A stretch of DNA of 63,818 nt, counting the filler, from Globobulimina sp. (lineage: Eukaryota): NCBI GenBank assembly GCA_003354225.1. It is 33 parts of 33 records of this genome, joined end to end, with 100 filler letters (N's around TTAATTAATTAA, not from the genome) between each part and the next. Parts side by side here need not be neighbours in the genome. Positions count along the whole stretch, not along the records: positions 36,815 to 38,651 come from PIVH01011389.1; positions 38,752 to 40,588 come from PIVH01011390.1; positions 40,689 to 42,524 come from PIVH01011391.1; positions 42,625 to 44,460 come from PIVH01011392.1; positions 44,561 to 46,396 come from PIVH01011393.1; positions 46,497 to 48,332 come from PIVH01011394.1; positions 48,433 to 50,268 come from PIVH01011395.1; 26 more parts are not named here. One strand, 5' to 3'. Positions 36,998 through 48,555 of this stretch are shown here, piece after piece (position 1 is the stretch's first letter; each line of letters begins with the position of its first letter). The position numbers and the translations under genes were made by a program. A model generated the notes under the pieces. It saw only the letters and a program-made list of their open reading frames with translations. It ran no database searches and was not told where the DNA came from.

Positions 36998-37208
36998 AAG
37001 GAATGCATTTAAGTCAGAGGTTGAGAAGTTGAGAGGTTCAGAAGTTTAGGCGTTGAGATGTTGGGATGTTCGGAAGTTGGTGGATAAAAGTATCGTAGAA
37101 TTGGATTCTTGTTTCATTAATAATTCAACTTCTGAACCTCTCAACTTCTGAACGCATAAACATCCGAACCTCTCAACCTCTCAAACCTCTGACTTTAATG
37201 CATTTCTT
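36998..37208. mobile_element. Foldback/MITE element with arms of about 83 bp built from 8-bp subrepeats; possible TTA target-site duplication
   Basis: The left arm (about 36998-37079) matches the reverse complement of about 37126-37208. The core AGTCAGAGG...CCTCTGACT (37012-37194) is flanked by TTA on both sides. Confidence 0.8.
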
Positions 37209-37265
37209 TGAATATGTTCATGAAAAAAAGAAAAAACTTTTCAAACAACAAGACATTTTCAGTAC

Positions 37266-38651
37266 ATGTTAAACAACAAAACAATGTCCAAACAACCTAA
37301 TCTAACCATGTTAAACAGTGTCCCAGTGGCAGGATATGGTTCTTGTTTATTGGGCGATAATGCCCCTGACATTGCTCCTGGCATTGTCCCTGACATTGTC
37401 CCTCATAATCCGACTGATGCAGAGGCAGACGAATTCTCATTATCAACAAAAAGCAAAAATCCAATGAAATTTAAAAAAGAAGCTGATGATCTTTATGAAT
37501 TCCTTCACCCTGAATATGCCCCTCATATTCCGACAGAGGCAGAGGCACAGAAAGCATCATTATCAACAAAAAACAAAAAATGCATTAAATTATTATTGTT
37601 ATTACTTGCAATTGTATTGGCAATTATATTTATTTTTATTTTCGTGGTTTACAAAGATAATCCAACCATACAAGTCATAGAATCAACTATGAAACCAACC
37701 ATGGAACCAACTTTTGAACCAACTTTTGAACCAAGTATTGAACCAACAACTGAGCCAACATTAGAACCAACATTAGAACCAACATTGGAACCAACATTGG
37801 AACCAACATTGGAACCAACATTGGAACCAACATTAGAACCAACATTGGAACCAACCATGGAACCAACCATGGAACCAACAATCCAACCAATATTGAATGA
37901 ATTGCCTAAACCTGAAATTCCATTTATTTTCGAACACAACAATATAACACAAAATTTGACATTAAATACAAACGCTTCCTATATCCATCCTGATACAACT
38001 CTTGAATGTATGATTGAATTTGATGAAGATGGCAATTTAGATGCAAATGCGTCATATATTAAAATATTTGATGATCGTGCTTCGAATTCCGCAATTAATT
38101 ATAAATTAGATATGATTTTGATTTCAACCTCTCCATTGTTTGAGTATTTGCCTTTAAATTGTACATTAATTCCAGCAGTCATAATAACAGAGATATTGAA
38201 TGAGACAATAAATGGTATTAATATTTTAACACTACATGTTCGAGAAGCAGATATGTTCGAATATATCGATGAATTGGATTGTAACATTAGTAACGGCACA
38301 TTGTATGATATCGACACTGGCACTGATTATGGCGAAATACAAAGGGTTAAAAACTTAGCAAATTATTTTTCAAATACAACCACAATAATCAATGATAATG
38401 GAACTGCCGCAAATATTACATTTACGAACATCACCTACACTGAATTAGAAGCACTTTGCTACAATGTATCTGAAAATGGAACCATTATAAATAGCATACC
38501 TCTGCTCAATGGCCTATGTGACGGATTATCAGTGGTTGATTATATTGGTCAGTCGCAAGGCATTGATGCTGTGCATTTTGGCAATATCACATTGAATGGA
38601 AATGACACCAAATATGGTGTTAATAATGGATCGAGCAGTAGGCGCAGATTA
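37266..38651 (+). CDS. Type II membrane glycoprotein with a PT(L/M/F)E stalk, 3'-partial
   Basis: TM LLLLLLAIVLAIIFIFIFVV; many N-x-T sites; RRRL at the contig end. Confidence 0.75.
37685..37890 (+). repeat. 12-bp coding tandem repeat (GAACCAACATTR), about 17 units
   Basis: Seen directly; encodes (EPTL)n. Confidence 0.95.
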
Positions 38652-38751
38652 NNNNNNNNNNNNNNNNNNNNNNNNNNNNNNNNNNNNNNNNNNNNTTAAT
38701 TAATTAANNNNNNNNNNNNNNNNNNNNNNNNNNNNNNNNNNNNNNNNNNNN

Positions 38752-38970
38752 CGCATTAATTTTATGGTCAACGATTCGAGCCACTCCAAATTGGCGGAAT
38801 GCGTCATCAAATAATGATGCGATATGGGATTGACTATCTGTATCATTTGAATCAATTGCTGATACATACGCTGATATGCTAATGGTCGGAATTTGTATAA
38901 CGGGATATGTCAAATCTTTGCTTTTTACAATTACACACAATGTAATGGCTACTGTAAGCAAAACGAACAT
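38752..38970 (-). CDS. Secreted 2OG-Fe(II) dioxygenase (IPNS/DIOX_N-like) N-terminus, 3'-partial
   Basis: Signal peptide, then IPTISIS...DAFRQFGVARIVDH.I, a DIOX_N pattern. Confidence 0.6.
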
Positions 38971-39762
38971 ATTGACGATGCTGCACTAGAGTTTAACTAA
39001 GTTTTTTTTTTCACAAAACAATATAAATTATCAAGGTACTTTTGAATTATCCTAATTTAATATATATATATTCTTGTTTTGAGGTGTTTGTTTCTAGAGA
39101 TGGCTAATTTTAAGAACAGTTTATTTGAAAGGTTTTTAAACCGACGTTTCGGCATAAAGTTAGAAAAGGTGTTAATTTAAAGTTAGAAAAGTTTTGTTTG
39201 AAATAAACAAAAACTAGACACTAAAAAAGTTTATCCTGTGCATAAAAAAGAATAAGAGAGAAATAAAATGGTATTGGTACCAAATAGAAAGAATGAAAAT
39301 ATATAGAAATAAATGCAAAATGATAAAATAATATGGAGAAAAATAATAATCATCATTAAATGCAGAAGTTTTAGTACCAATCAAAAAATAAAAATAAAAC
39401 ATAAATAATCCAAGGATATAGTATAAAGTCCTGGAAATAAATGAATAATAAGCAAAATAAAAGCAAAACAACAAAAAACAAATAAAACTGGGGCAGGAAT
39501 GTTTGAAATTGAAAAATGAATAAAAAAGAAATGAAAATAATATAACAGTAAAAGACTTAATTCAGGAACCAATCAAATAGAATAAGGTCAAAAGGAAATA
39601 AATAATGATTGTATCGCAAAAAAGTGGGTTAGATTCCAGCCCCAGAATAGATAGTTCATGTTGTAGAATAATATAAAATTTATAGTATTATTTAATATTT
39701 GTGATAATTTAATATAAAATTCGCAAAATAAATATAATAATAATAATAATATGGTGTGTCCG

Positions 39763-40588
39763 TCAATCAATATCTTCCAAAGTGCTAATTTTTTCATCAT
39801 CATCATTGCCGTCGGAGTTGGAGTCAAAGTGACTGTCAAAATTAATAGTGTTAATAAAATTGTTTACAAAGAAACCATTTTCAGAATCAGAGTCATAGAT
39901 AAATGATGAATTGGGAGCTGGTTTATTGACCGATGCGTTCAAAATGTGATTTCTAAAATTGATAAAATCTGTTTTCTGGGATGCTGGGACAGAATGATTA
40001 AATGATGCAATGGTGTTATTGGTGTCAATTGGTTTCAAAGGCATGAGAGGCGGCGGTATGATGGATGTGATTGATGGGCTAAGATGAATGATGGAGGCAA
40101 TAATATCGGCGCCAATGCCGTCATCACTGAAATCAAAATCTGTTTGAGATAAGTTCGGTAAATATAACTCCGATTCTAATAAGTTCGAAGTTATGGTTTG
40201 TGTTAACGCCGCGGATGGATTGGTATCACAAATAAGGAGTGGGGGAATATCAGATGCCGCGGGATTAAAATTCTGAAATTCTTCGGAGTCAAATGGGTCG
40301 AAATAAGAGTCGGAGTCGGAGTCGTCCCAAACTGACAGATTGGAGGGGTTCAAAGGTGGTGGCTGTGGTAGGTGTGATATTGACAGATCAATATCAGTAT
40401 TTGCTTGAATGTCATTATTGGAGATTGCTTCCAATTTATTTAATAAATCTTGAACTTTGTAATTAAAAATGTCTTGAATCGCGAGCCGTTTCTGGAATAA
40501 AAACGCCTGCAATTTCTTAATATTATTTTTATAATTTGATAACTGGACGGTGTCATTGTCAATCATTGTCTGATTAACTTTATATTTA
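39763..40588 (-). CDS. Low-complexity S/D/P-rich ORF of unknown function
   Basis: 267-aa ORF in AT-rich DNA; no family recognised. Confidence 0.4.
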
Positions 40589-40905
40589 NNNNNNNNNNNN
40601 NNNNNNNNNNNNNNNNNNNNNNNNNNNNNNNNTTAATTAATTAANNNNNNNNNNNNNNNNNNNNNNNNNNNNNNNNNNNNNNNNNNNNTTGTACGCAGTG
40701 TGCTCTATACTTTAGTTCGAATCGAGTATACATAATAATAAGATAATACATAATAAATTGAAAATAATATACGGATAATAAGAAATGTATATAAAACACA
40801 CAAAAGTTTTTATCGAAAGATATTATAAAATTTGGATATTACAAAAAAAAAAGAAAAATTATGTTTATTAAAACTTTCCTTATTATATTTTATTTGCTTT
40901 ATTAT

Positions 40906-42524
40906 TTATTGATCACTATCATAAATGATTTGTTTTTTAAATTGTTTTGGATCCGTTCTTTTATAATAAATACAGATAAATGTCAAAATCGAAAGTAATA
41001 TCACAGCCAATAACACTGTATTCACATTCAATCCATACCGATAAAATACATTTGTATCACTACCAGTTTCTCCTACAGCTGCCTCCATAATTGACCCTGC
41101 CGCAGCTTCATAACTCTCACTATCACTGCTCTCACATGTTCCCACCTCACATCCTTTCATTCTTTCCCCGGCACATTTCGCTAAACACTTATTCCCATAT
41201 TCATTCCCATCACAACACACCGTCTCCCGTCCCTCTTTACAGTCACATAACTCCTCACATTCGCCATACTCGCAAGCCACCAAATCTTCCCCTGCGCAAT
41301 GCGCATGACACTGATTACCAAACGTCGTATCCCCACAGCATACGGGAACATATTCATGCGTACATCGGCACGGCTCCTCACAAGTACCGCTGTCACATTC
41401 CGTTGCGCCATCAGCCTCAGCCATACATTCATTTCCATACTCAATACCATCACAACACACTGGCGCATAGATCAATGCACACACCGTTGCACATTCGCCC
41501 TCTGTACACAATCCTACGTCATCCACACCAGAACATCGCGCATTGCATTCATTGCTATGCGTCACACCGCCACAGCATACTGGAGCATAATTGAGTGCGC
41601 ACGCACATTGATCCTCGCATACACCATACTTACAAGCAATCAATTCTGCAGTATCCTTGACACAGGCGGCAGTGCACGCATTTCCATATTGTTCATCCCA
41701 TTGAGCACCCTCTGCCGCTGGACAACACACTGGAAAATATTCCCGCGTACATATACATACTGACGACTCGCATTCACCACTCACACATTCCTTTGCTAAA
41801 TCACAGTTAGCTTCGCAGGCATTGCCATACGTTACGTCGCCTTGACAACATACGGGAGCATAATCTAACGCACATTTGCAATCTCGCAAGGAATTCACGG
41901 TAAATGCAGCTGAATTCGCGGCCTCTTCATCATAACAAGCTTTATTTTTGTCGGTAATATACCAACATTTCCCTTTATTTGCAAAACAACCTTCAGGGCA
42001 CTCGACTTTATTTTCTTTACTTTTCATTTCCACGCTTTCGTCGGAAGAAACTGGTTCGATGCCTTGTGGCGAAGAATCGCTATTTGCACTGCTACAGCGA
42101 CCTGCTGTACATCCACCGGCGAGCGCACAATCTGCCTCACACTGATTGCCATATTCCACACCATAGCAGCATACGGGAGCAATTATCATAGGACAGGCAC
42201 ATACGGGACATTCGCCATAATAACACTGTAATAATTCAGCTGCGCTTCGTTTGCACCGAGCTGTGCAGGAATTGCCATACGTGACACCCACACCACCCGC
42301 TGGTTGCGAGGGACAGCATACTGGGAAATAATCCAAAGTACACGGACATATTTCACATGCGTCTTGCTCGCATGTTGCTGTATCGATACCTTCGCATCGA
42401 GCGACACCTGGATATGCATATGTATATTATATCAAATTGATTTGATTTTTATATAAATGTACGTACATTCATTGGCATAATCAACATCACCACAACAAAT
42501 TGGCGCATAATCCCTAGTACAGGC
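40906..42524 (-). CDS. Membrane-anchored multi-Kazal protease-inhibitor-like protein (9 or more modules), 5'-partial; intron 42408-42466
   Basis: Repeats of CxCxxxYxPVCC..GxTYGNxCxAxC...CxxGxC; C-terminal TM. Confidence 0.88.
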
Positions 42525-42854
42525 NNNNNNNNNNNNNNNNNNNNNNNNNNNNNNNNNNNNNNNNNNNNTTAATTAATTAANNNNNNNNNNNNNNNNNNNN
42601 NNNNNNNNNNNNNNNNNNNNNNNNAAGAATAAAAAAACATAGATAAACAACTGAACACAACAATCCGTCACAAAATAAAATGAAAAACAGAAATATGATA
42701 TCCATATTATCCTTGCACGAAGCCATACGCACTAAAAAAAAATACACATGACACAAAATACAAAAATAATAATATAAAAAATGAAGAAAAATAATTATTA
42801 TAAATTATAACCCAAACCATCAAAAAAAAAATGTTTTCATTTTATTATTTTTAT

Positions 42855-43163
42855 TTATTTGCAAATATATGAAGAAATAAGGTCAACCACAGCGGGAATA
42901 TTTGCTTTTTGTTGCTGTTGCTTTGAATATCCGATTTTTGTTAAATCATTCATTAATTGTTTAGTTAGATAACTTCGCATTGTATGCCTATCAGAGTTTG
43001 AATGCGTGGATGCAATCTCGGCATAAACAGTCAAATTCAACTGACTCATCATCACAAACACTTCACTCATGTCGTCATTCTTATTCTTATTTGCATTCTT
43101 AGCATCATTGTCATTGTTATTGTTCTTTTTATTGCCATCCATATTCATATGGGACTGTGACAT
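42855..43163 (-). CDS. Small protein of unknown function
   Basis: 102-aa ATG ORF followed by a T-rich 3' UTR on the minus strand. Confidence 0.45.
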   Translation of the reverse strand: MSQSHMNMDGNKKNNNNDNDAKNANKNKNDDMSEVFVMMSQLNLTVYAEIASTHSNSDRHTMRSYLTKQLMNDLTKIGYSKQQQQKANIPAVVDLISSYICK

Positions 43164-43310
43164 AATTAATAATGTTGTTCGTCGACTGTTGGGGGCAATG
43201 ACGGGAGGATTATTGCGCTAGAACTAAAATGCAGTGACTAGCTGACTTCAGTGACAATTTTGAGATCAGTCAGCATTGCAACAATCCCACCGACAGAAAA
43301 AACAGGTAAA

Positions 43311-44309
43311 ATGCCAATTAGACTAAGAGCTATAAATGCCACTGTATCGCAGTACTTGAATGGGTATAAATGTATGTTAGTATTACTGGCAATGATACTG
43401 TTTTATGCATTAATATCTCAGTTTACGTTTCCATTAACATCTCAGTTTACGAATATTAATATTGCTTCTATTTCAAATGCATTAAATATAACTCATTTCA
43501 ACCAACATAATAATTCAAATATTAATACATCAACGCGATCGGTATCAGATATATCACAGTTTGAATATGCATCATTTGACCGTAATCATCCAAATCTATA
43601 TATTGTAGATGGATTAGTCAGGTCAGGATCAACTGTCTTATACAATATACTTCGTATATTAATTCGGAATAAAATCGATCCAAATTTACTGTTTGGTGGC
43701 GCAGTGAACCATGGAAATATCAATAAATTTGATAATCAAAACTTTGCCATATTACTCAAGTCACATTGGGACTGTTCCAGATTATTCAAAATGTTATCTG
43801 CCACATTTACTGCGAGATGGAATATTTATTTATTTACAACGAACAGGAAGCTTTCCGATGAAATATGCTCTGAAATATTGTTTAAAATGACTGGTAGTTC
43901 CAAAGCACAAATCATTGGAAGATGTAAGCATCACAAACGACGATATTTTTCATGTCGTAATCATAAATATTTTACGTATGCTCAGAATTATGATTTGGTG
44001 CATAATAAAAACATTTCAAGCATAATTTCTGAGATTGCGTCAGTGCTGAACATTACACATATTCTGAGTAACAATGATAGATTGAGGATTGAATACGAAT
44101 TGAATCATTTAATTCAAATTGAAGCAGGATCGCTGCTGCATCATCCATTGACATTTATCCATCCAAATCATATCCATAAGGAAACGGACAGGAACAAGCA
44201 TTGCAATATGGAGCATATTATGGACGCCATCACATCGGATGAGACATGCAATGCTTTTGATCAATATTTGCAAAACATAACTTATCAAAATAATAATTAT
44301 TATAAATGA
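43311..44309 (+). CDS. Type II membrane P-loop sulfotransferase-like protein
   Basis: N-terminal TM; PAPS loop GLVRSGSTVLYNILR; LLKSH; NRKL.D...S. Confidence 0.75.
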   Translation: MPIRLRAINATVSQYLNGYKCMLVLLAMILFYALISQFTFPLTSQFTNINIASISNALNITHFNQHNNSNINTSTRSVSDISQFEYASFDRNHPNLYIVDGLVRSGSTVLYNILRILIRNKIDPNLLFGGAVNHGNINKFDNQNFAILLKSHWDCSRLFKMLSATFTARWNIYLFTTNRKLSDEICSEILFKMTGSSKAQIIGRCKHHKRRYFSCRNHKYFTYAQNYDLVHNKNISSIISEIASVLNITHILSNNDRLRIEYELNHLIQIEAGSLLHHPLTFIHPNHIHKETDRNKHCNMEHIMDAITSDETCNAFDQYLQNITYQNNNYYK

Positions 44310-44562
44310 TTTATACAAAGTAATAGCACAGTTTTCGAGATTTCGATAATTATTCCAATTTCTACAATGATTCTTAATCCAAATAGGTAAACCCTTTAAT
44401 TTCGAAAATCGTAATACGCAGTCACCGTTTTCCATTACGAGTAAATTTCAACAATCTGAANNNNNNNNNNNNNNNNNNNNNNNNNNNNNNNNNNNNNNNN
44501 NNNNTTAATTAATTAANNNNNNNNNNNNNNNNNNNNNNNNNNNNNNNNNNNNNNNNNNNNTG

Positions 44563-46200
44563 TGTGATTGGACAGGTGAAGTAATTCAATTATTGCCTCA
44601 TATCACTATGCATTGTCCTTTATTTTTGATGGTTTGTGAATTTTGTTGTCATGAAAAAAGAAGATATGAACTCAATGAGCATAAAGAACAATGTCCTGAT
44701 AAACCGTTAGAATGTATTTTGCGATGTAGTTTAGTTTTCATTTTTTTTGTTGCTATACTCCCAATACAAATTAATTGGTATTTTTTCAGAACAAATTATT
44801 AAAAGAAAATTGATGCAAACTCATATTGATGAAGAATGTGGTATGGCACCTACGTCTTGCGGTGAATGTAAAGAAGAAATGTTGAAATTAAATATGATTT
44901 ATCATTTAGATAATGAGTGTGAGGAAGTTGAAGTAGATTGCGAGTATGCTGCATATGGTTGCGGTATACAAATAAAGCGCGGATTATTGAATCAACATAT
45001 GGAGGAAGCAGAGATTTTGCATTTAAAAATGAAAGTTACGATCAATATTATTCTCTTTGTCGTTTAGTAGAGTCTAGTGATCGAGTGCCATGGGTTTGGT
45101 TAGCTGATGTCAACTGACTCAACTCGACCACTAAATTAAATTAAAACCATGTCAACTCTATCACTACACACTGACTTATTTAATAATGCAACAAACAGAT
45201 TAATTTCATGGAAAAACAATTGAAACGTAAATATAAACCAGAAGCAAAAAGAAAGGTAATTATGGTATTGGATCGGTCAGGAATAGTGTCGTGCGATTTC
45301 AATACTGGAAAATCAGAAATAATTCCATCGCCAAGCAGTTATGATCATCATTTATTGACCAAGCATTTTATTTATTGCATTGGGAAAAATGTTGATTTTG
45401 CATCAACGAAAAAGTATGGATTTGCAAAAGGAATCAATGCATATTCCAATGATATATTGTTTGGTTTCTCAAAAGGAAACATTACTTGTGTGAATATGGG
45501 AAATATTAATCACATTGACAATGAATATGAAACTGTTAATTTTAATGGTACAATTTGTATGGACAGATTTACTGCGGTTTATAACAGTGAGATTGGATTG
45601 GTTTTAGTGGGAGGTGGTGAAAGGTGTTATGGTCTAAGAACAATTGATTTTAATACAGATGTTTTTAGTTTCAGTGTTCGTTTCAATGTATTAAAAACAA
45701 AAGTAATTAATCAGCCAGACTGTGGCCATTGGCCAAGTGCTGCAGTATTAAATGATAACAGTTTATTTGTTGCCGGTGGATTCAGGAACGAGAGATTTTT
45801 AACATCCTGTTATCAATTTAATTTTGCGAAACACGAATTTAAAAAATTAAAAAACATGAATCATGAACATCAATTGGGAGGAATTTGTCAGTGGGAAGAA
45901 AGAGGAGATAATATTATTGTTGCTGGAGGGTATCCGGATAATCGCAATGTGCAGCAATACGATATTTATAAAAATGTTTGGATTGATTTACCAAATTTAA
46001 ATTACAAACATTCAGCATACCCCGCATTATTGCCATCAAACAATGTATTATTATGTATTGGAGATGATACTGATTTGGGTGTCATTGAGTTATTAGATCC
46101 AAGAGATAAAAATGGATGGATTTATGTTGATCATGTTGAAAAATATTTTGATTTACCAAATCAAAAAGCATCCGGATTTCATAGTTTTATGTGCGTCTGA
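44563..46200 (+). CDS. TRAF-type zinc fingers, coiled coil and Kelch repeats, 5'-partial; introns 44729-44789 and 45035-45198
   Basis: CDWTG..H...C; repeated H...C....C..C; CEYAAYGC; Kelch motifs LFVAGG, IIVAGG..YD....W..LP. Confidence 0.85.
45067..45175. mobile_element. Degenerate MITE-like hairpin (about 110 bp) inside intron 2 of the TRAF-Kelch gene, flanked by TTA
   Basis: TAGTGATCGAGTGCCATGG pairs imperfectly with CCATGTCAACTCTATCACTA; TTA at 45064-45066 and 45176-45178; the host intron is about 110 nt longer than typical. Confidence 0.55.
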
Positions 46201-46697
46201 TCCATTTATATTATGATTCACAAGAAAATGAAGAAATTGATTTTATTTTTCCTTACTTTTTTTTCCAATTATTTTATTTTTTCCAGTCGCGTTAATCTAA
46301 CAACAATTACTAGCACATAAAATTATAAATTATAAAAAAATAATAGAAAAAATAAAATATGCATATCCGATAACCTAATTATATAAAAAAACATTANNNN
46401 NNNNNNNNNNNNNNNNNNNNNNNNNNNNNNNNNNNNNNNNTTAATTAATTAANNNNNNNNNNNNNNNNNNNNNNNNNNNNNNNNNNNNNNNNNNNNTAAT
46501 TTTGCGATTTGTGGCAATTTCATACTTTTATCAATATTGCTGATATCCCATAAATAGTTAATTTTGACAGTTTTTCATGATTTCCATACATTTTAACATT
46601 TCATCATATTTTTACTTTTACAACTTTTGATACAAAAAAAAAGGGTAAATCAATTCGAAATCCGTAATAGTAGTGACTGCTAGTCAGGATTGCAATT

Positions 46698-47816
46698 TTA
46701 TTTATCAAACGCCAACAACAAAGCATTTATCTTTGTAACAATATCAGTTTCTAGCAACGGTACACTTGTGTGGATTGTATGATTGCTTTGTAGTTTGTGG
46801 ATTGTTTTGTGATGCTTAATGATATTATTATTATTATCATAAAATGCCATTATTAGTATCTCAACATAAATCGTCATTTGCTCGTATTTTTGCAACTCAT
46901 CAAATGAGAACAGCTTATCATTACTCCAATAAAATCTTGCCTTCTTTACAGTAAATATATATTCTACGCATGATTCTATATTTGGTGTCTTGCATATTAT
47001 CTTACATTTTGTATGGATTTTAGAAACCCTTTGAGGAAAATAACACATTTGAAGCAAGATATCAAAATAACCATTGTATCTCCTTCTGTTTCTACCATTT
47101 GGTGCTACCCGCAAACACCACATATTTTCATAAATGTTTGACTCGAACCTCTTTCCTGAATGTGCAAATTTCATCCGTTCCATGCACAGATTGTTAATAT
47201 TCCATTCAAATGACACAAAGCGTTTTTTAAACCAGTGGTTGCATGGTGAGATTGCAAGATGTTGAATAATGGAATTATTTGTACAATCAATATGTTGTAT
47301 CACTTCAATTTCCACTGTAAAAGTTAACACATTTAAATGTTTAATCTCTTCCAAACATAAACAATAATCTGACCATCCTTTACTGTCATCAACCATATAT
47401 ATGCTCATATTGGTGTAACTTGAAAACGATTCGTGACAATACATTCTTCGGCAGACTACAATCTTACTGGTTGGTAATGGCACGGATAATAATTTCAAAA
47501 ATAATGCAAATGAGCCAGTATCTCCATGTCCAAAACCATTGGGCAAAGCATGGAGTTGCCATTTCAATGAAGCCATTTTGAATTTGTTGGATTGGAATTG
47601 TTTTCTTCTCCGAGAATTTATCATTTTTTGTAACAGATTTCGTTTAATGGTCCATGTGTATTTGCCGTAATGTAAATTAAAATGATAACCGAGAAATCGT
47701 TGGATTGCATGTTTAATCTCTGATGGAATGTATAATACGATGCCAATATGACATTGGATATACCCATGCACGATCAACATGCTTCTTTTGTCACACGTAT
47801 TGAATAATGTGATCAT
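46698..47816 (-). CDS. Tandem MATH/TRAF-domain protein with an N-terminal F-box-like motif
   Basis: Two units: YTWTI...FQS..F...KWQL...PNG...G...LFL and FEWNI...FES...WCL...PNG. N-terminal LIVHGYI...IPSEI. Start codon uncertain. Confidence 0.75.
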   Translation of the reverse strand: MITLFNTCDKRSMLIVHGYIQCHIGIVLYIPSEIKHAIQRFLGYHFNLHYGKYTWTIKRNLLQKMINSRRRKQFQSNKFKMASLKWQLHALPNGFGHGDTGSFALFLKLLSVPLPTSKIVVCRRMYCHESFSSYTNMSIYMVDDSKGWSDYCLCLEEIKHLNVLTFTVEIEVIQHIDCTNNSIIQHLAISPCNHWFKKRFVSFEWNINNLCMERMKFAHSGKRFESNIYENMWCLRVAPNGRNRRRYNGYFDILLQMCYFPQRVSKIHTKCKIICKTPNIESCVEYIFTVKKARFYWSNDKLFSFDELQKYEQMTIYVEILIMAFYDNNNNIIKHHKTIHKLQSNHTIHTSVPLLETDIVTKINALLLAFDK

Positions 47817-48555
47817 GTGATCATGTGTAGCTCTGCAACTTGTACAAAAAACTGTAAAGTTGACAAAACTGAAAACATTATTTACATTCATGTTGTGCAC
47901 AATTGTTATATTTCACGGAGTAGCACAAAACAGCATCTCCTAAGACTGTATAGTTATCTTTTTTAAAATTCGCAACATATATACAGTTATATTAAAACTA
48001 GTCATTCTGAAAACAGTGATTGCGAAATCCGAGAAAGTATTTAATTTCTAAATTAACTAATAAATATAACACGCGCACATTTATTTATTGTACATATTAC
48101 GAAGTACCCAAAAGAAAAATTAAGTACGTAAATATATTTAAACATTACAGATTAATTATTAAATAGAATACTATTAAACAAATTTAATGAATACTGATAA
48201 TACACTGGTGATATATTTTTAATGTCATTTAATATATCAATTACTTTCATAATAATCGTTTGTTGTTTTTTATTTTGCATCGCCACATCGCTATACGTAT
48301 CAGATTTAGATTGCAACAGCGCCATTAATTCTNNNNNNNNNNNNNNNNNNNNNNNNNNNNNNNNNNNNNNNNNNNNTTAATTAATTAANNNNNNNNNNNN
48401 NNNNNNNNNNNNNNNNNNNNNNNNNNNNNNNNTCACGGCCCCGGAAACTGAGTGTTGATGCTATGCAAAGTTGATAAGTTTTTTACTGTGTTTTTAGTCA
48501 AAACCACTTCAGTTACTTCATCAATCCATCCTCGCCCATCAATCAATTAACCAAC

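Noticed and set aside
37649-37942. Antisense ORFs with (VGSN)n and (LVPM)n repeats
   Set aside because: These are shadow frames of the EPTL tandem repeat.
39214-39839. Hydrophobic F/I/L/Y-rich short ORFs
   Set aside because: Composition artefact of A-rich non-coding DNA; no motifs.
44109-44435. Minus-strand ORF overlapping the sulfotransferase 3' end
   Set aside because: No recognisable motif; likely a shadow ORF.
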